Origin: Elusimicrobiota bacterium
GTDB lineage: Bacteria; Elusimicrobiota; Elusimicrobia; F11
Length of the DNA stretch: 64,000 nucleotides
Assembly: GCA_044221725.1 (NCBI GenBank)
Contig: JBGAON010000001.1
Span: forward strand, 335,480-399,479
Direction: 5' to 3'
Under the pieces are notes generated by a model. It made no database searches. It worked only from the letters and a program-made list of their open reading frames with translations, and was not told the origin of the DNA. Positions 18,301 through 27,651 of this stretch are shown piece after piece (the first letter of the stretch is position 1; every line of letters starts with the position of its first letter). The position numbers and the translations under genes are program-made.

Positions 18301-21300
18301 TTGGCTATGAGACCACCCCTTCTCAAGGCCGTTGCCACGCCTCTCTCTGTTGTTGTTCTCGCCACAAATTGCCTGTTCGCGCACTCCGTCGAAGTAAATT
18401 TTTGGACCGAAAGGCGCACCACCTCGCCAACGTCGATTTCTGCACGTGGAGGTGAAATCCCCGCAAGACCTGGCCTCTGGGGGATTTCTCAATTTGGCAC
18501 CGTCCGTAAGATCTTAAAACCAAGAGGCGTTTCGAAAGGAACGGTTCTGCACATCCAAGACATTCATCGAAATCGCGAAGCACAAACGGCTATTTCCAAA
18601 GCCGTTCAACAATTAATTAACAGCGACTCCATTGATCTCATCGCACTGGAGGGCGCTTTCGGCCCCATCGACCTTTCGTTGTTTCGAAAATTTCCCTCTA
18701 GAAATTCGGTGAAGATTGTTGCCGATTATTTGTTCCGCGAAAATCAAATCGCGGGCGCCATTTTTGCTGCCATCACGAGTGACCGCGGAGGGCCCGCGCT
18801 AATCGGTGTCGACGCGCCCTCCCCTTACGCAGCGAACGTGAATGCGTACAAGCAAGCAAAGCCTTTTGTTCGATCGCGAAAAGAAGAAATTGAGCGGTCC
18901 GCGGAGAAAATTGCGGTCGACAAGAAGCGTCTGTTTAACTCGAAACTGTCGACATTCGATGCGGATGTTCAGCGCTTTCGCAGCGGCGAATTATCGTGGG
19001 GCTACTACGTTCGGCATTTGTGCGCGTACTCCGGCGCCATCCCCGACGACGTTCAAGGTTTTTTGTCGGCGCTCAACATGGAATCTCAGATTGATTATGC
19101 GGGCATGGAATCGGAACGGACCGCGCTCTTAAACAAACTCGTCGGTCATCTCACCGACAAGCAAAAGGCGGAATTGCTGAACGCGAGCGCCGCCTATCGG
19201 GCGGGGCAGCTCGGCCATTCTGATTTTTATCTTTATCTAAAACGACTGTCTGTTAAGCGTGGGATTTCGTTGGCAGCGTACCCGGTCTTTAACCGTTACG
19301 TTCGTTACGCACGGCTGGCTGACAGCGTCGATGCCGAAAAGGTTCTCGAAGAAACGACCGCCATGGAAAAAGCGATTTATTCCCGGCTGGCGGTTACCGA
19401 TGCGGAGAAACGGCTCGTTCAAAAATCGCGCGAGCTTTATTTGATCCGCAAACTTGTGGAATTTGCGCTGACGAAAAGGGAGTGGGAGGAACTAAAGCTG
19501 TCGCCCTGGAACGCCTTAATCCAGGGCCCACTTTCTTCCGCGAAAATGACGGATCTGCAGCCTTTCGCAGAATTTTACAAGCAAGCCGAGCTTCGCGATG
19601 AAGCAATGGCCAGCAATTTTTTAAATTGTCTCCGATGTACGAAGCACCCCGTACGAAGTGCCTTTGTCCTGATTACGGGTGGCTTCCACTCCACAGGCAT
19701 TGACCAACGACTTGTTGATGCGGGTTACACGATCGTTGCCTTTGTTCCGAAAATTTCGAAGGTCGAATCCTCGGGTGGCACAAGTTATCTGACGGTATTC
19801 GCCCAAGAAAAAACGCCGCTCGAAAAATTGTTTGCGGGCGAAAAGCTTTTTGTGAGTCCTCCCGTGGTTCCGAAAAATCTTTTTCCCGCAAAGATAATGC
19901 TGGATCAGCATGTGTCTTTGTTGCGAACAAAGTGGGAAGGCAACGACGAGCGAACCGTGACCACGCGGGCCCGCGGCTTTGGTTTGACCACCACCTTCGC
20001 ACGGAACAAAATTGTTTCCTCGAGAATCGTCTTGGCAAATGAGCCTGTGCCGGCCGGCACCGCGACCGGCCATGCGTTTGGAAATGCGGGCCGGTGGTAC
20101 GGTCTCCGCGGCTTCTTGCTGGGGGGCTTTGTGAACGCGTTGTTTGCCTTCTTTGTGATGTATCCGTACGGGGATTTTTCAAACGTGTACGTGCGGGGGG
20201 GAATCGCCGCGGTGGCTCTTTTCGGCGGTGTTTATGGCGTCGTTGGTTTTCGGTCAATCTTTAATACCTACGGGAACGAACTTGTCGGTTACCATCTAAT
20301 GGCGCGCACCCGAAAGATTGCGGTGGAAAAAGCAGCGCGCTTGGGTTTGTCACGACCGGAAAACGTTCTCTATATTCCGCTGCTCAAAACGCATATTTGG
20401 CTCAACCGAAAGTTTGATCGCAGTCGTGGAATTCAGCGTTGGATTGCGAATCCCATGATTCTTTCCCATGAGATATTCCCGTATCACACCTTCGGCATGA
20501 TCGGCATGGTCTTCCTGCCCCTCACATTGTTGGTTCAAGCGATCTGGGTATGGAACAACGAATGGGTCACACATCCGCTCGAGCGGCAGAAACTTCTTGA
20601 TCAAGAAATTCGGCATTTCGTGCGCATGACCGGAATCGCTGACGGAGATGCGAACGCCTTGATTCGCGATCTTCGCAAACGAACCATTGTGGTTCAGAGC
20701 CGAGGGGAAGCGTTTTGGCGAATGTTGGTATCAAACACCATTTTTTTTGTTCCGCTCGTCGGTGCGCTCACGACGGTACTAATTTTTTATCAACAACCGA
20801 TCGAGATGGTGGTGTTCCCGGCTATGTTCGGAGCTCTAATGATTATCGTTTTATCGGCTTCCTCTGCGTTCGGAGAATTTCTTGGTGTTGCATTGCCGTT
20901 TTTGAACCTCATCTTGATTATGGATGAACAGATGCACAGCGATCACCTTCGTGGAGAAGTTATTTTTCACGAGTTGACGCACCATGTTTTCCCCGATTGG
21001 CGTACCGGCCGGGAATCGGTCGCGTATGCGGCTTCCTATATGGAAACGCTTCGGCGTGTGGAGCGGGGATACTCCGAGCAGACCGATACCGAGCTTGAGC
21101 GGATTCGTCGCGATATAAGTTCCGCGCCGCTGGACCAGTTGGTCAAGCGATACAAAAAAAAGGCCATTTTTACGGTCGCCCAAGATTCGCTCCGTGGCGA
21201 TCATTTTGTTGAAGATACGATTGAACCTCGGTTCAGTTATCCCTTTGGAAAGGAACTCGCCTACGTAGCGCTTGAATTGTTAAAGAATGACCCTCACAAA

Positions 21301-24078
21301 TTTCACCGAGCGTACGAGATTGGTGTTGAACTGGCGCAAGGCATTCCGCTTGATAGAGCGTTTCACAATCGAAAAGTAAAAATTTTGTTGGCCGATGAAA
21401 TGCCCGAGGCAAAAATAAATGCGCTCGTCGCTGAATATGGCGGACTCGTCGAGTTGGTGTCCCAAAACGGAGTTCGAGCCAGCGAAGGAAGAACCGCGAA
21501 GCAGAATTTGCTCGAAATTATTCGGCGTAAAAAGCCGACGATAATGGTTGTTCGTTCCGGAACAAAACCGGACGGCGAAATTCTCGAAGAAGCGTTTCGA
21601 CAAAACCCCGGTTTTGAAATTGTTCGAGCCGGAATGGGGCTTGATGGGGTTGATTTGCAGAAGGCCGATGAGTTGGGGGTTGCTGTTAAGCGGACAGGAG
21701 GAAGCGAAAACTCGGTCGCCAACTTGGCTCTGCGTTTTTTCTTGGCGGGACTTCGAAAGCAAGACCGGAATTCGACGCGACCCGCAACTGTCCAAGCGGC
21801 GCTCGACATCGCAAACGATGCGGAGTGGAAACAAAAATTGGGCTTAATCAATCTTTTGGAGTTTAGCGGAGCCGCCGAAAAATCCGCAGCGGACGGGCGC
21901 GGACGGCTTGCGGATGACGAGTTCCGCGCAATTTTCGAACCGATGTCCGTTGATCAAGTAAGAAGACTGGTTGAATCCCGTTTTTCTGGCAAGACGATTG
22001 GTCTGTATGGTTGGGGCGCCATTTCACAAGCTTTTGCGAGCAAGCTCAAAGCCCTGCGAGACCTGACCGGAGGGACGTTTAACATTGCGGCGTATTCACC
22101 GGCGCTCCGCAGAGGGCTTGTGGACGCTCGTGTGAAGGCCGAAGCGCTCGATGTCGAGAGTATGTCCGAGCACGAATTGCTGACGCAAGCGCACGTCATC
22201 TCGCTTCACATTCCTCTCGATGAATCAACACGCTGGAAATTCGTTCCGGATAGTTTTGTCGGTAATCCGAATATCGAAATGCTTATCAATACGGCGCGAC
22301 CTTCTATTGTGCAAGCAGCGCTTGTGGATGCGGCAGTCCGCGATCGCCACGAAGGATTTTTTTACTTTGCAGACGGAAAATTCGCTGAGTTGGACGCCTT
22401 GCGTGGCAAATATCCGGCGAACGTTTTTATCACACCCCACATCGGCGCAAACACGAAAGACGGAATTGACGGCGTGGAAAAAAACACCGTGCGCACGTTG
22501 CGCGCCTCACTTCAGGAGCGCATTCGCCGTGGAAAGGGCGATATAACGCTCCTGATTATTCTCGTGGTAACTTTTGGAGCATGGGCTTCAAGGACGTCCT
22601 ATTTTTTAATCCCTCTGTTGAGTGTGCTCGCTTTCGCGATTTGGCCACGGATGGCCGGAGGCGCCTTTTTGTTTCCTTCGCCGAACGGTGAAGAAAGTCC
22701 TCTGGAAAAAACGGCCGAACAGAAGCGGGAAGAGATGGGGAGTGGTTTTTCGAGTTCGTTGGGCGTTGATCCAACCGATCTGGAAGTCGGGTCGATTGTT
22801 GGCGAGGAATATGTTGCAAATGCTCCAACGCTCGAAAGCGAAAGCATTCTGCGGGCCGAGCGTTACATTTTCATCATCGCATTAACGGCCACGGCGCTAT
22901 TGGGCGCCTTTCGAGTACCCATCGAAATGCTTTGGAAGATCAGCGTCATCTTGTTGCTGCTGCCCAACCTTGGCGTTGCGCTCTCCATTGTGGTGCAACA
23001 TTGGCGTCGCGTCCTGATTAAAGTGGCCGATGTGCCTTTGTTGTATATGGTGAAGCGCGCCAAATGGAGCGATCGCCTAGCGATTGGCTTCGGTTCGATT
23101 TTCTTTAACTTCGTCCCGAGCTTGCTATTCCTGCTGCCATTGATTGCTTTGTTGTTCGTCTTTGCGCTATTCCCAAATTTCAAACCCGTCGAGCGGCGGG
23201 CGTGGGTGTTCCTGCCGTTGTTTTTCTTTGCGTCTTATTTTCTGGTTCCAAAGCTCGAGCACGTTATTTTGTCGATAAAGATTTATTTGCACACGAAATT
23301 TAATGTCTGGCGCGGCAAGAAGTCGCTAGCGACCGTGCCACCGTCAACGAATGGCATGGCCGACCAGCTCCCCGAGTCACGTTTGGTGGAAACTGTCAGC
23401 GCAGACTTACAGGCCCGCTTGGTTCGCGGGTTGGAAGATGCGGTGCCAAATCTTCCTTCATCCGTTGGTGGCGCAGAGGAATTGACGAATCAGCTTAAAC
23501 ATCATGCGATTCCGGCTGCGGTGCGGTCGGCGGCCGTAGGTTTGGATCAGGCTTTAAACCGGGCGTTCCAACCGAAAATCAACAATATTCAAATTTTCCA
23601 CGTCGCTTCACCTGAAGACGTTCGTGATCTCGAGTCTGTTATTCTCCAAATGAAGAAAAACAACGCGCAGCGCGATGATGGGATCAGCTGCGTATGTGTC
23701 GTTCTTGCTCGGGGAGTGGATTCCGAAATTGATTGGAGTGTTCAAAAGTTGCGGCGAGCAACCGTTACCTGGGATTGGGTCGAAATCATTAAGGAGGAGC
23801 GGTTGATCGCGCCCGGCACGAATAAAATCGACTATAAATCACTGTTCAAAATTGCCCAAGAGGGGTTCCTCGCAAAACCGGAGCCGACGAAGCTCTTTCG
23901 TGAACTTTATGAGGGCAACTACGCGGATAAGCGCCTCGTCGTCTGGGGACATTCCAATATCCGCTACGAGGCCGACGAGAACCTGCTTCCAATTCTTACG
24001 CTTGTTGTTCGAGTGGCAGGCGAAATCTATGGTGTTCTCGATCTGCGGAATTGGCGCGAGCGGGCCACCGCCGCTTGA
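18301..24078 (+). CDS. 1925-aa polytopic membrane multidomain protein: Tiki/TraB/GumN-like periplasmic domain + HExxH-containing TM region + internal D-2-hydroxyacid dehydrogenase domain + unknown C-terminal domain
   Basis: Signal peptide. GTVLHIQDIH...IDLIALEG and C-terminal VLITGGFHSTG GxxH motifs (TraB/GumN/Tiki-like). TM cluster 1 containing VIFHELTHHVF (HExxH). 2-Hacid_dh catalytic plus NAD domains (RAGMGLDGVDLQKADELGVAVKRTGGSENSVANLAL; GKTIGLYGWGAIS; NTARPSIV; TPHIGANT). TM cluster 2. ~260-aa C-terminal domain with no recognisable family. Confidence 0.6.
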   Translation: MAMRPPLLKAVATPLSVVVLATNCLFAHSVEVNFWTERRTTSPTSISARGGEIPARPGLWGISQFGTVRKILKPRGVSKGTVLHIQDIHRNREAQTAISKAVQQLINSDSIDLIALEGAFGPIDLSLFRKFPSRNSVKIVADYLFRENQIAGAIFAAITSDRGGPALIGVDAPSPYAANVNAYKQAKPFVRSRKEEIERSAEKIAVDKKRLFNSKLSTFDADVQRFRSGELSWGYYVRHLCAYSGAIPDDVQGFLSALNMESQIDYAGMESERTALLNKLVGHLTDKQKAELLNASAAYRAGQLGHSDFYLYLKRLSVKRGISLAAYPVFNRYVRYARLADSVDAEKVLEETTAMEKAIYSRLAVTDAEKRLVQKSRELYLIRKLVEFALTKREWEELKLSPWNALIQGPLSSAKMTDLQPFAEFYKQAELRDEAMASNFLNCLRCTKHPVRSAFVLITGGFHSTGIDQRLVDAGYTIVAFVPKISKVESSGGTSYLTVFAQEKTPLEKLFAGEKLFVSPPVVPKNLFPAKIMLDQHVSLLRTKWEGNDERTVTTRARGFGLTTTFARNKIVSSRIVLANEPVPAGTATGHAFGNAGRWYGLRGFLLGGFVNALFAFFVMYPYGDFSNVYVRGGIAAVALFGGVYGVVGFRSIFNTYGNELVGYHLMARTRKIAVEKAARLGLSRPENVLYIPLLKTHIWLNRKFDRSRGIQRWIANPMILSHEIFPYHTFGMIGMVFLPLTLLVQAIWVWNNEWVTHPLERQKLLDQEIRHFVRMTGIADGDANALIRDLRKRTIVVQSRGEAFWRMLVSNTIFFVPLVGALTTVLIFYQQPIEMVVFPAMFGALMIIVLSASSAFGEFLGVALPFLNLILIMDEQMHSDHLRGEVIFHELTHHVFPDWRTGRESVAYAASYMETLRRVERGYSEQTDTELERIRRDISSAPLDQLVKRYKKKAIFTVAQDSLRGDHFVEDTIEPRFSYPFGKELAYVALELLKNDPHKFHRAYEIGVELAQGIPLDRAFHNRKVKILLADEMPEAKINALVAEYGGLVELVSQNGVRASEGRTAKQNLLEIIRRKKPTIMVVRSGTKPDGEILEEAFRQNPGFEIVRAGMGLDGVDLQKADELGVAVKRTGGSENSVANLALRFFLAGLRKQDRNSTRPATVQAALDIANDAEWKQKLGLINLLEFSGAAEKSAADGRGRLADDEFRAIFEPMSVDQVRRLVESRFSGKTIGLYGWGAISQAFASKLKALRDLTGGTFNIAAYSPALRRGLVDARVKAEALDVESMSEHELLTQAHVISLHIPLDESTRWKFVPDSFVGNPNIEMLINTARPSIVQAALVDAAVRDRHEGFFYFADGKFAELDALRGKYPANVFITPHIGANTKDGIDGVEKNTVRTLRASLQERIRRGKGDITLLIILVVTFGAWASRTSYFLIPLLSVLAFAIWPRMAGGAFLFPSPNGEESPLEKTAEQKREEMGSGFSSSLGVDPTDLEVGSIVGEEYVANAPTLESESILRAERYIFIIALTATALLGAFRVPIEMLWKISVILLLLPNLGVALSIVVQHWRRVLIKVADVPLLYMVKRAKWSDRLAIGFGSIFFNFVPSLLFLLPLIALLFVFALFPNFKPVERRAWVFLPLFFFASYFLVPKLEHVILSIKIYLHTKFNVWRGKKSLATVPPSTNGMADQLPESRLVETVSADLQARLVRGLEDAVPNLPSSVGGAEELTNQLKHHAIPAAVRSAAVGLDQALNRAFQPKINNIQIFHVASPEDVRDLESVILQMKKNNAQRDDGISCVCVVLARGVDSEIDWSVQKLRRATVTWDWVEIIKEERLIAPGTNKIDYKSLFKIAQEGFLAKPEPTKLFRELYEGNYADKRLVVWGHSNIRYEADENLLPILTLVVRVAGEIYGVLDLRNWRERATAA

Positions 24079-24218
24079 ACCGCAAGCAAAAATTCCGGTT
24101 GCGGCGGTGGGGGGCGATGTGATATACACGCACCCTGATTCGAACACCTCCCCTTGTCGTCATCCCCTTGTAATGGCTTTGAGGTTCTGGTGAATTATTT
24201 TTTTGGAGTTTATTGTCT

Positions 24219-24653
24219 ATGGCAAAACCTTTAGCGGCGGAACGTTCATACGAGTGTCTTTTCGTGTGTCCCTCCGACACGCCACAGAAAAACATCGATC
24301 TTTTCATTGAGAAGATCAAAACAACCATTGCACCGACAAAAGGTGTTTTGCGCAGCGTCCAGATTTGGGGGCGCCGAAAGTTAACTTACTCAATCAAACA
24401 CCAGAAAGACGGGCTTTATATCTTTATCGATTTCACCGGCGAACGCGGCACCGCCGAAGCGTTGCGCGGGCTTTTCCGCGTCACGGATTTCGTGATCCGC
24501 AACGTGATCACTGACAAAGTAAATTTGCGACCGCCCTACGTCCGTAAATTCCCGACGCCCACCGATGGTGCGGCCGAAGGAGCAGCAGCGGCACCGGCGG
24601 CGACCGCGACAGCAACTCCCTCGACAGAAACAACCAAGGTTACTCCCTCATAA
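24219..24653 (+). CDS. rpsF: 30S ribosomal protein S6 with Ala/Thr-rich C-terminal tail
   Basis: YECLFVCPSD...IWGRRKLTYSI...FRVTDFVIRNVI S6 core. Start set at ATG 24219 with SD GGAG. Confidence 0.85.
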   Translation: MAKPLAAERSYECLFVCPSDTPQKNIDLFIEKIKTTIAPTKGVLRSVQIWGRRKLTYSIKHQKDGLYIFIDFTGERGTAEALRGLFRVTDFVIRNVITDKVNLRPPYVRKFPTPTDGAAEGAAAAPAATATATPSTETTKVTPS

Positions 24654-24667
24654 ATTAGGAGTCCCGA

Positions 24668-25150
24668 ATGGCAAACTTGCGATTGCACAGTCTCAATGAC
24701 GTAAAAATTGTCGGGCGGTTAACGCGCGATCCCGAACTTCGGTACACGCCTCAAGGAACAGCGGTGTGTCATTTTCGTGTGGCGGTCAGCCGCAGCTACA
24801 AAGCGCCGAACTCGAACGAATGGAAAGAAGAAGTGGCGTTCGTTCCGTGCACCGTGTGGCGAGAAACCGCGGAGCGTTGCGGTCAACGGCTTAAGAAAGG
24901 AAGTCCGGTTTTTGTTGAAGGTCGTTTGAAGTCACGCGAATGGCAAACGAAAGAAGGCCAGAAGCGGACCGATTTGGAAGTCGATATTCAACGCATTCAA
25001 TTTTTGGAAATGATGGGCGATGGTGGTGGCAGTTCGAACGCGGAACCGTCCGGTGATGAATCCGGAGAATCCGCTTCTGTGGGTGCCGGCAGTTTTGGCT
25101 CATCTTCTCCTTCAGCACAATCACATAACGATGACGAGGTACCATTTTAA
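24668..25150 (+). CDS. ssb: single-stranded DNA-binding protein
   Basis: OB-fold N-terminus (VKIVGRLTRDPELRYTPQGTAVCHFRVAV), Gly/Ser-rich linker, acidic tip DDEVPF. Confidence 0.9.
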   Translation: MANLRLHSLNDVKIVGRLTRDPELRYTPQGTAVCHFRVAVSRSYKAPNSNEWKEEVAFVPCTVWRETAERCGQRLKKGSPVFVEGRLKSREWQTKEGQKRTDLEVDIQRIQFLEMMGDGGGSSNAEPSGDESGESASVGAGSFGSSSPSAQSHNDDEVPF

Positions 25151-25536
25151 TGGAAACATCTGACAAACCTTCGACACCGACCAGTTCGTACCGGCCGAAA
25201 CCGGCTGGCGCGACCGGCGGATACACGCCACGGCCCGCGGGAGCTACGGGTTCCACCGGATACAAACCGGGAGGCCGCCCTCCAATGGGAGCCGGTGGTC
25301 CAGGAATGGGTCGCGGTGGTCGTCCACCAATTCGTCGTCGCGTGTGCCGTATTTGCATGGATCGTCAGGGCGGTGTGGATTGGAAGGCCGCCAATTTCCT
25401 GCGCAATTTCATCACCGAGCGCGGAAAAATTCTTTCGGGTCGTTCCACCGGAACCTGCGCACGATGCCAACGCCAACTTACACAAGCGATTAAACGCGCG
25501 CGCAACATTGCGCTGATTCCAACGTCGCCAGTTTAA
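25150..25536 (+). CDS. rpsR: 30S ribosomal protein S18 with ~60-aa Gly/Pro-rich N-terminal extension
   Basis: C-terminal S18 core (VDWKAANFLRNFITERGKILSGRSTGTCARCQRQLTQAIKRARNIALIP). ATG overlaps the ssb stop (TAATG). Confidence 0.85.
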   Translation: METSDKPSTPTSSYRPKPAGATGGYTPRPAGATGSTGYKPGGRPPMGAGGPGMGRGGRPPIRRRVCRICMDRQGGVDWKAANFLRNFITERGKILSGRSTGTCARCQRQLTQAIKRARNIALIPTSPV

Positions 25537-25562
25537 ACGCCCTTCGAACCGAGGTTATTACT

Positions 25563-26093
25563 ATGCCACAGTCCGTTATTCTTCTTGCCGATGTCCCAGG
25601 TTTGGGGCAGCTCGGCGATCACTGCAAAGTTAAAGAAGGCTTTGCGCGCAACTATTTAATTCCCGAGCGTCTCGCTATGTACGCGACGACCGATGCGCTT
25701 AAGCGTTTCGAAAAACAGAAAGCGAAGCTCGTTCAAGAGCGCGAGAAGCAACTGGCGCGTTCGAAATCTCTTTCCGAAAAAATTGGCCAAGTCGGTCTCG
25801 TGTTTGATCGGCCGGTTGGTCAAGGCGGTCGTTTGTTCGGATCCGTCACACCGATGGATATCGCCGCTGAGCTCTCGAAACAAGGCGCTTCGGTGGAAAA
25901 GAAATCCATCCTCATGAATGGCCCGATCAAAACAATTGGGGATCATTCCATCCGTGTCCGCATTCATTCTCAAGTTGTTGTTGATGTTCCTGTGAAAGTG
26001 ATCGGTCGCGAAGCCAAGAAAACCAGCGAACACGCGGAGCACGCGGACTCGCTTGTTGAAACGCCGTTCGGCGAGCCGGACGAAGATTATTAA
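25563..26093 (+). CDS. rplI: 50S ribosomal protein L9
   Basis: VILLADVPGLGQLGDHCKVKEGFARNYLIPERLA N-domain. 176 aa. Confidence 0.9.
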   Translation: MPQSVILLADVPGLGQLGDHCKVKEGFARNYLIPERLAMYATTDALKRFEKQKAKLVQEREKQLARSKSLSEKIGQVGLVFDRPVGQGGRLFGSVTPMDIAAELSKQGASVEKKSILMNGPIKTIGDHSIRVRIHSQVVVDVPVKVIGREAKKTSEHAEHADSLVETPFGEPDEDY

Positions 26094-26102
26094 AGCCGTC
26101 GT

Positions 26103-26135
26103 CCTGGCACGTCGTTAGCCAGGATCCGTTTTTCC
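26103..26135 (+). terminator. rho-independent terminator after rplI
   Basis: CCTGGC-(9 nt)-GCCAGG hairpin, then ATCCGTTTTT. Confidence 0.55.
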
Positions 26136-26228
26136 TAGATTAACTTGGGCCCTGGATTGAGACGTTCCAGGGCGACGACTTGTTTCCGATGACGATCTCT
26201 TGCGGATCGCCCTTTTCTTCCCGAATAG

Positions 26229-26234
26229 TATAAT
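26229..26234 (+). promoter_or_regulatory. candidate -10 hexamer TATAAT only 13 nt upstream of the dnaB ATG
   Basis: Exact TATAAT. No convincing -35 at 17+/-1 spacing. Would imply a very short leader. Confidence 0.25.
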
Positions 26235-26246
26235 CGTTCACCCCTT

Positions 26247-27614
26247 ATGACCGAACAAAACGAAAGTTTACCCCCGCACAGTCTCGAAGCTGAGATGGCT
26301 GTTTTGGGCAGTATGCTCGTCGAGCGCGACGCGGTTGTGAAGGCCGCCGACATTCTTAAAGCCGACGACTTCTACAAAGAAAACCACCGTAAAATTTTTG
26401 CCGCGATCATGCGGCTTAGCCACTCGAATGTTGAAGCCGATATCATTACCGTTGGCGAGGCGCTAAAGAATGAAGTGGGCTTCGGAAGTTCGGGCGGCCC
26501 GGCGCTGCTCTTGGAATTGGCCGAACGCGTGCCGACCGCTCTGCACGTTGAACACTACGCAAAAATTGTCCACGAGAAGGCGCTGTTGCGGGCGCTCATC
26601 ACGAACGCGCGCGATTTGATTCGCGACGCGCATTCCGACAAAATTCCGGCGAACGAGCTCGTCGATAAAGCGCAAGAACACTTCTTTACTGTGGGTCAAC
26701 AAAAGGCGCGCCGCGATTTTTATAGCGCGGGCGATTTGATGCAAAGCGCTGTTGAATCGCTCGAGCAAATGGCGAACGCCGGAAAACTTGTGACCGGTGT
26801 GCCCACCGGTTATATTGAACTCGATACGATGATGGCGGGGCTTCAGCCGGCGAATATGATCATCGTCGCCGGTCGTCCGTCGATGGGGAAAACATCGCTC
26901 GTTATGAACATGGCGGAACATGTGGCGATCGATAACAAAACGCCGGTGGTTTTCTTCTCGCTGGAAATGAGTCAGCAGGAATTGGCGTTGCGGCTTCTGT
27001 GTTCGCGGGCTCTGTTGAACATGGGCGAAGTTCGTCGGGGATATCTTGCTCGCAAGAATTGGCCTCGTATCACCAGCACCGCGTCCGAAATTGCCGAAGC
27101 TCCGCTCTATTTTGATTTTTCCACTTCACCGACGGTTCTTGAAATTCGCTCCGCATCGCGGCGCTATGCGCACGAACTTCAGCGGAAAAATATGAAGCTG
27201 GGATTGATCATCATCGATTACTTGCAGCTCATGCGCGGGGACGGATCGATTGAAAGTCGCCAACAAGAAATTTCTGAAATCTCCCGAAGCTTGAAAGGTC
27301 TCGCGCGCGAACTGAATGTTCCCGTGATCGCGCTCTCTCAGCTAAACCGCAAACCCGAAGATCGCACGCGCGACGGTCGCCCGCAATTGTCCGACTTGCG
27401 TGAGTCGGGCGCTATCGAACAAGATGCCGACGTTGTTATGGCCATTTACCGCGAAGAAGTGTACAAACGGGATGACCCGGATCTTAAGGGCAAGGCGAAA
27501 ATTTTTGTGTTGAAACAACGTAACGGTCCGATCGGTGATGTATCGCTGACGTTCCTGGATGAGTGCACGCGATTTGTTAACCCTGAGCGAGAGCTTGAAC
27601 CCACCCCCGTCTAA
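26247..27614 (+). CDS. dnaB: replicative DNA helicase DnaB
   Basis: N-terminal PHSLEAEMAVLGSML, Walker A GRPSMGKTS, H3/H4 motifs, arginine finger region. 455 aa. Confidence 0.92.
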   Translation: MTEQNESLPPHSLEAEMAVLGSMLVERDAVVKAADILKADDFYKENHRKIFAAIMRLSHSNVEADIITVGEALKNEVGFGSSGGPALLLELAERVPTALHVEHYAKIVHEKALLRALITNARDLIRDAHSDKIPANELVDKAQEHFFTVGQQKARRDFYSAGDLMQSAVESLEQMANAGKLVTGVPTGYIELDTMMAGLQPANMIIVAGRPSMGKTSLVMNMAEHVAIDNKTPVVFFSLEMSQQELALRLLCSRALLNMGEVRRGYLARKNWPRITSTASEIAEAPLYFDFSTSPTVLEIRSASRRYAHELQRKNMKLGLIIIDYLQLMRGDGSIESRQQEISEISRSLKGLARELNVPVIALSQLNRKPEDRTRDGRPQLSDLRESGAIEQDADVVMAIYREEVYKRDDPDLKGKAKIFVLKQRNGPIGDVSLTFLDECTRFVNPERELEPTPV

Positions 27615-27651
27615 GCCCGCACCCTCCGCGGACTCCTCGTCGTCGGTAAAA

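Noticed and set aside
26104-26119. Sigma-54-like -24/-12 element TGGCACG-N4-TAGC (GG-N10-GC spacing) downstream of rplI, of interest because rpoN is in the window
   Set aside because: It lies entirely inside the CCTGGC...GCCAGG terminator hairpin, has TAGC rather than TTGC at -12, and is ~130 nt upstream of dnaB, an unlikely sigma-54 target. More likely coincidence.
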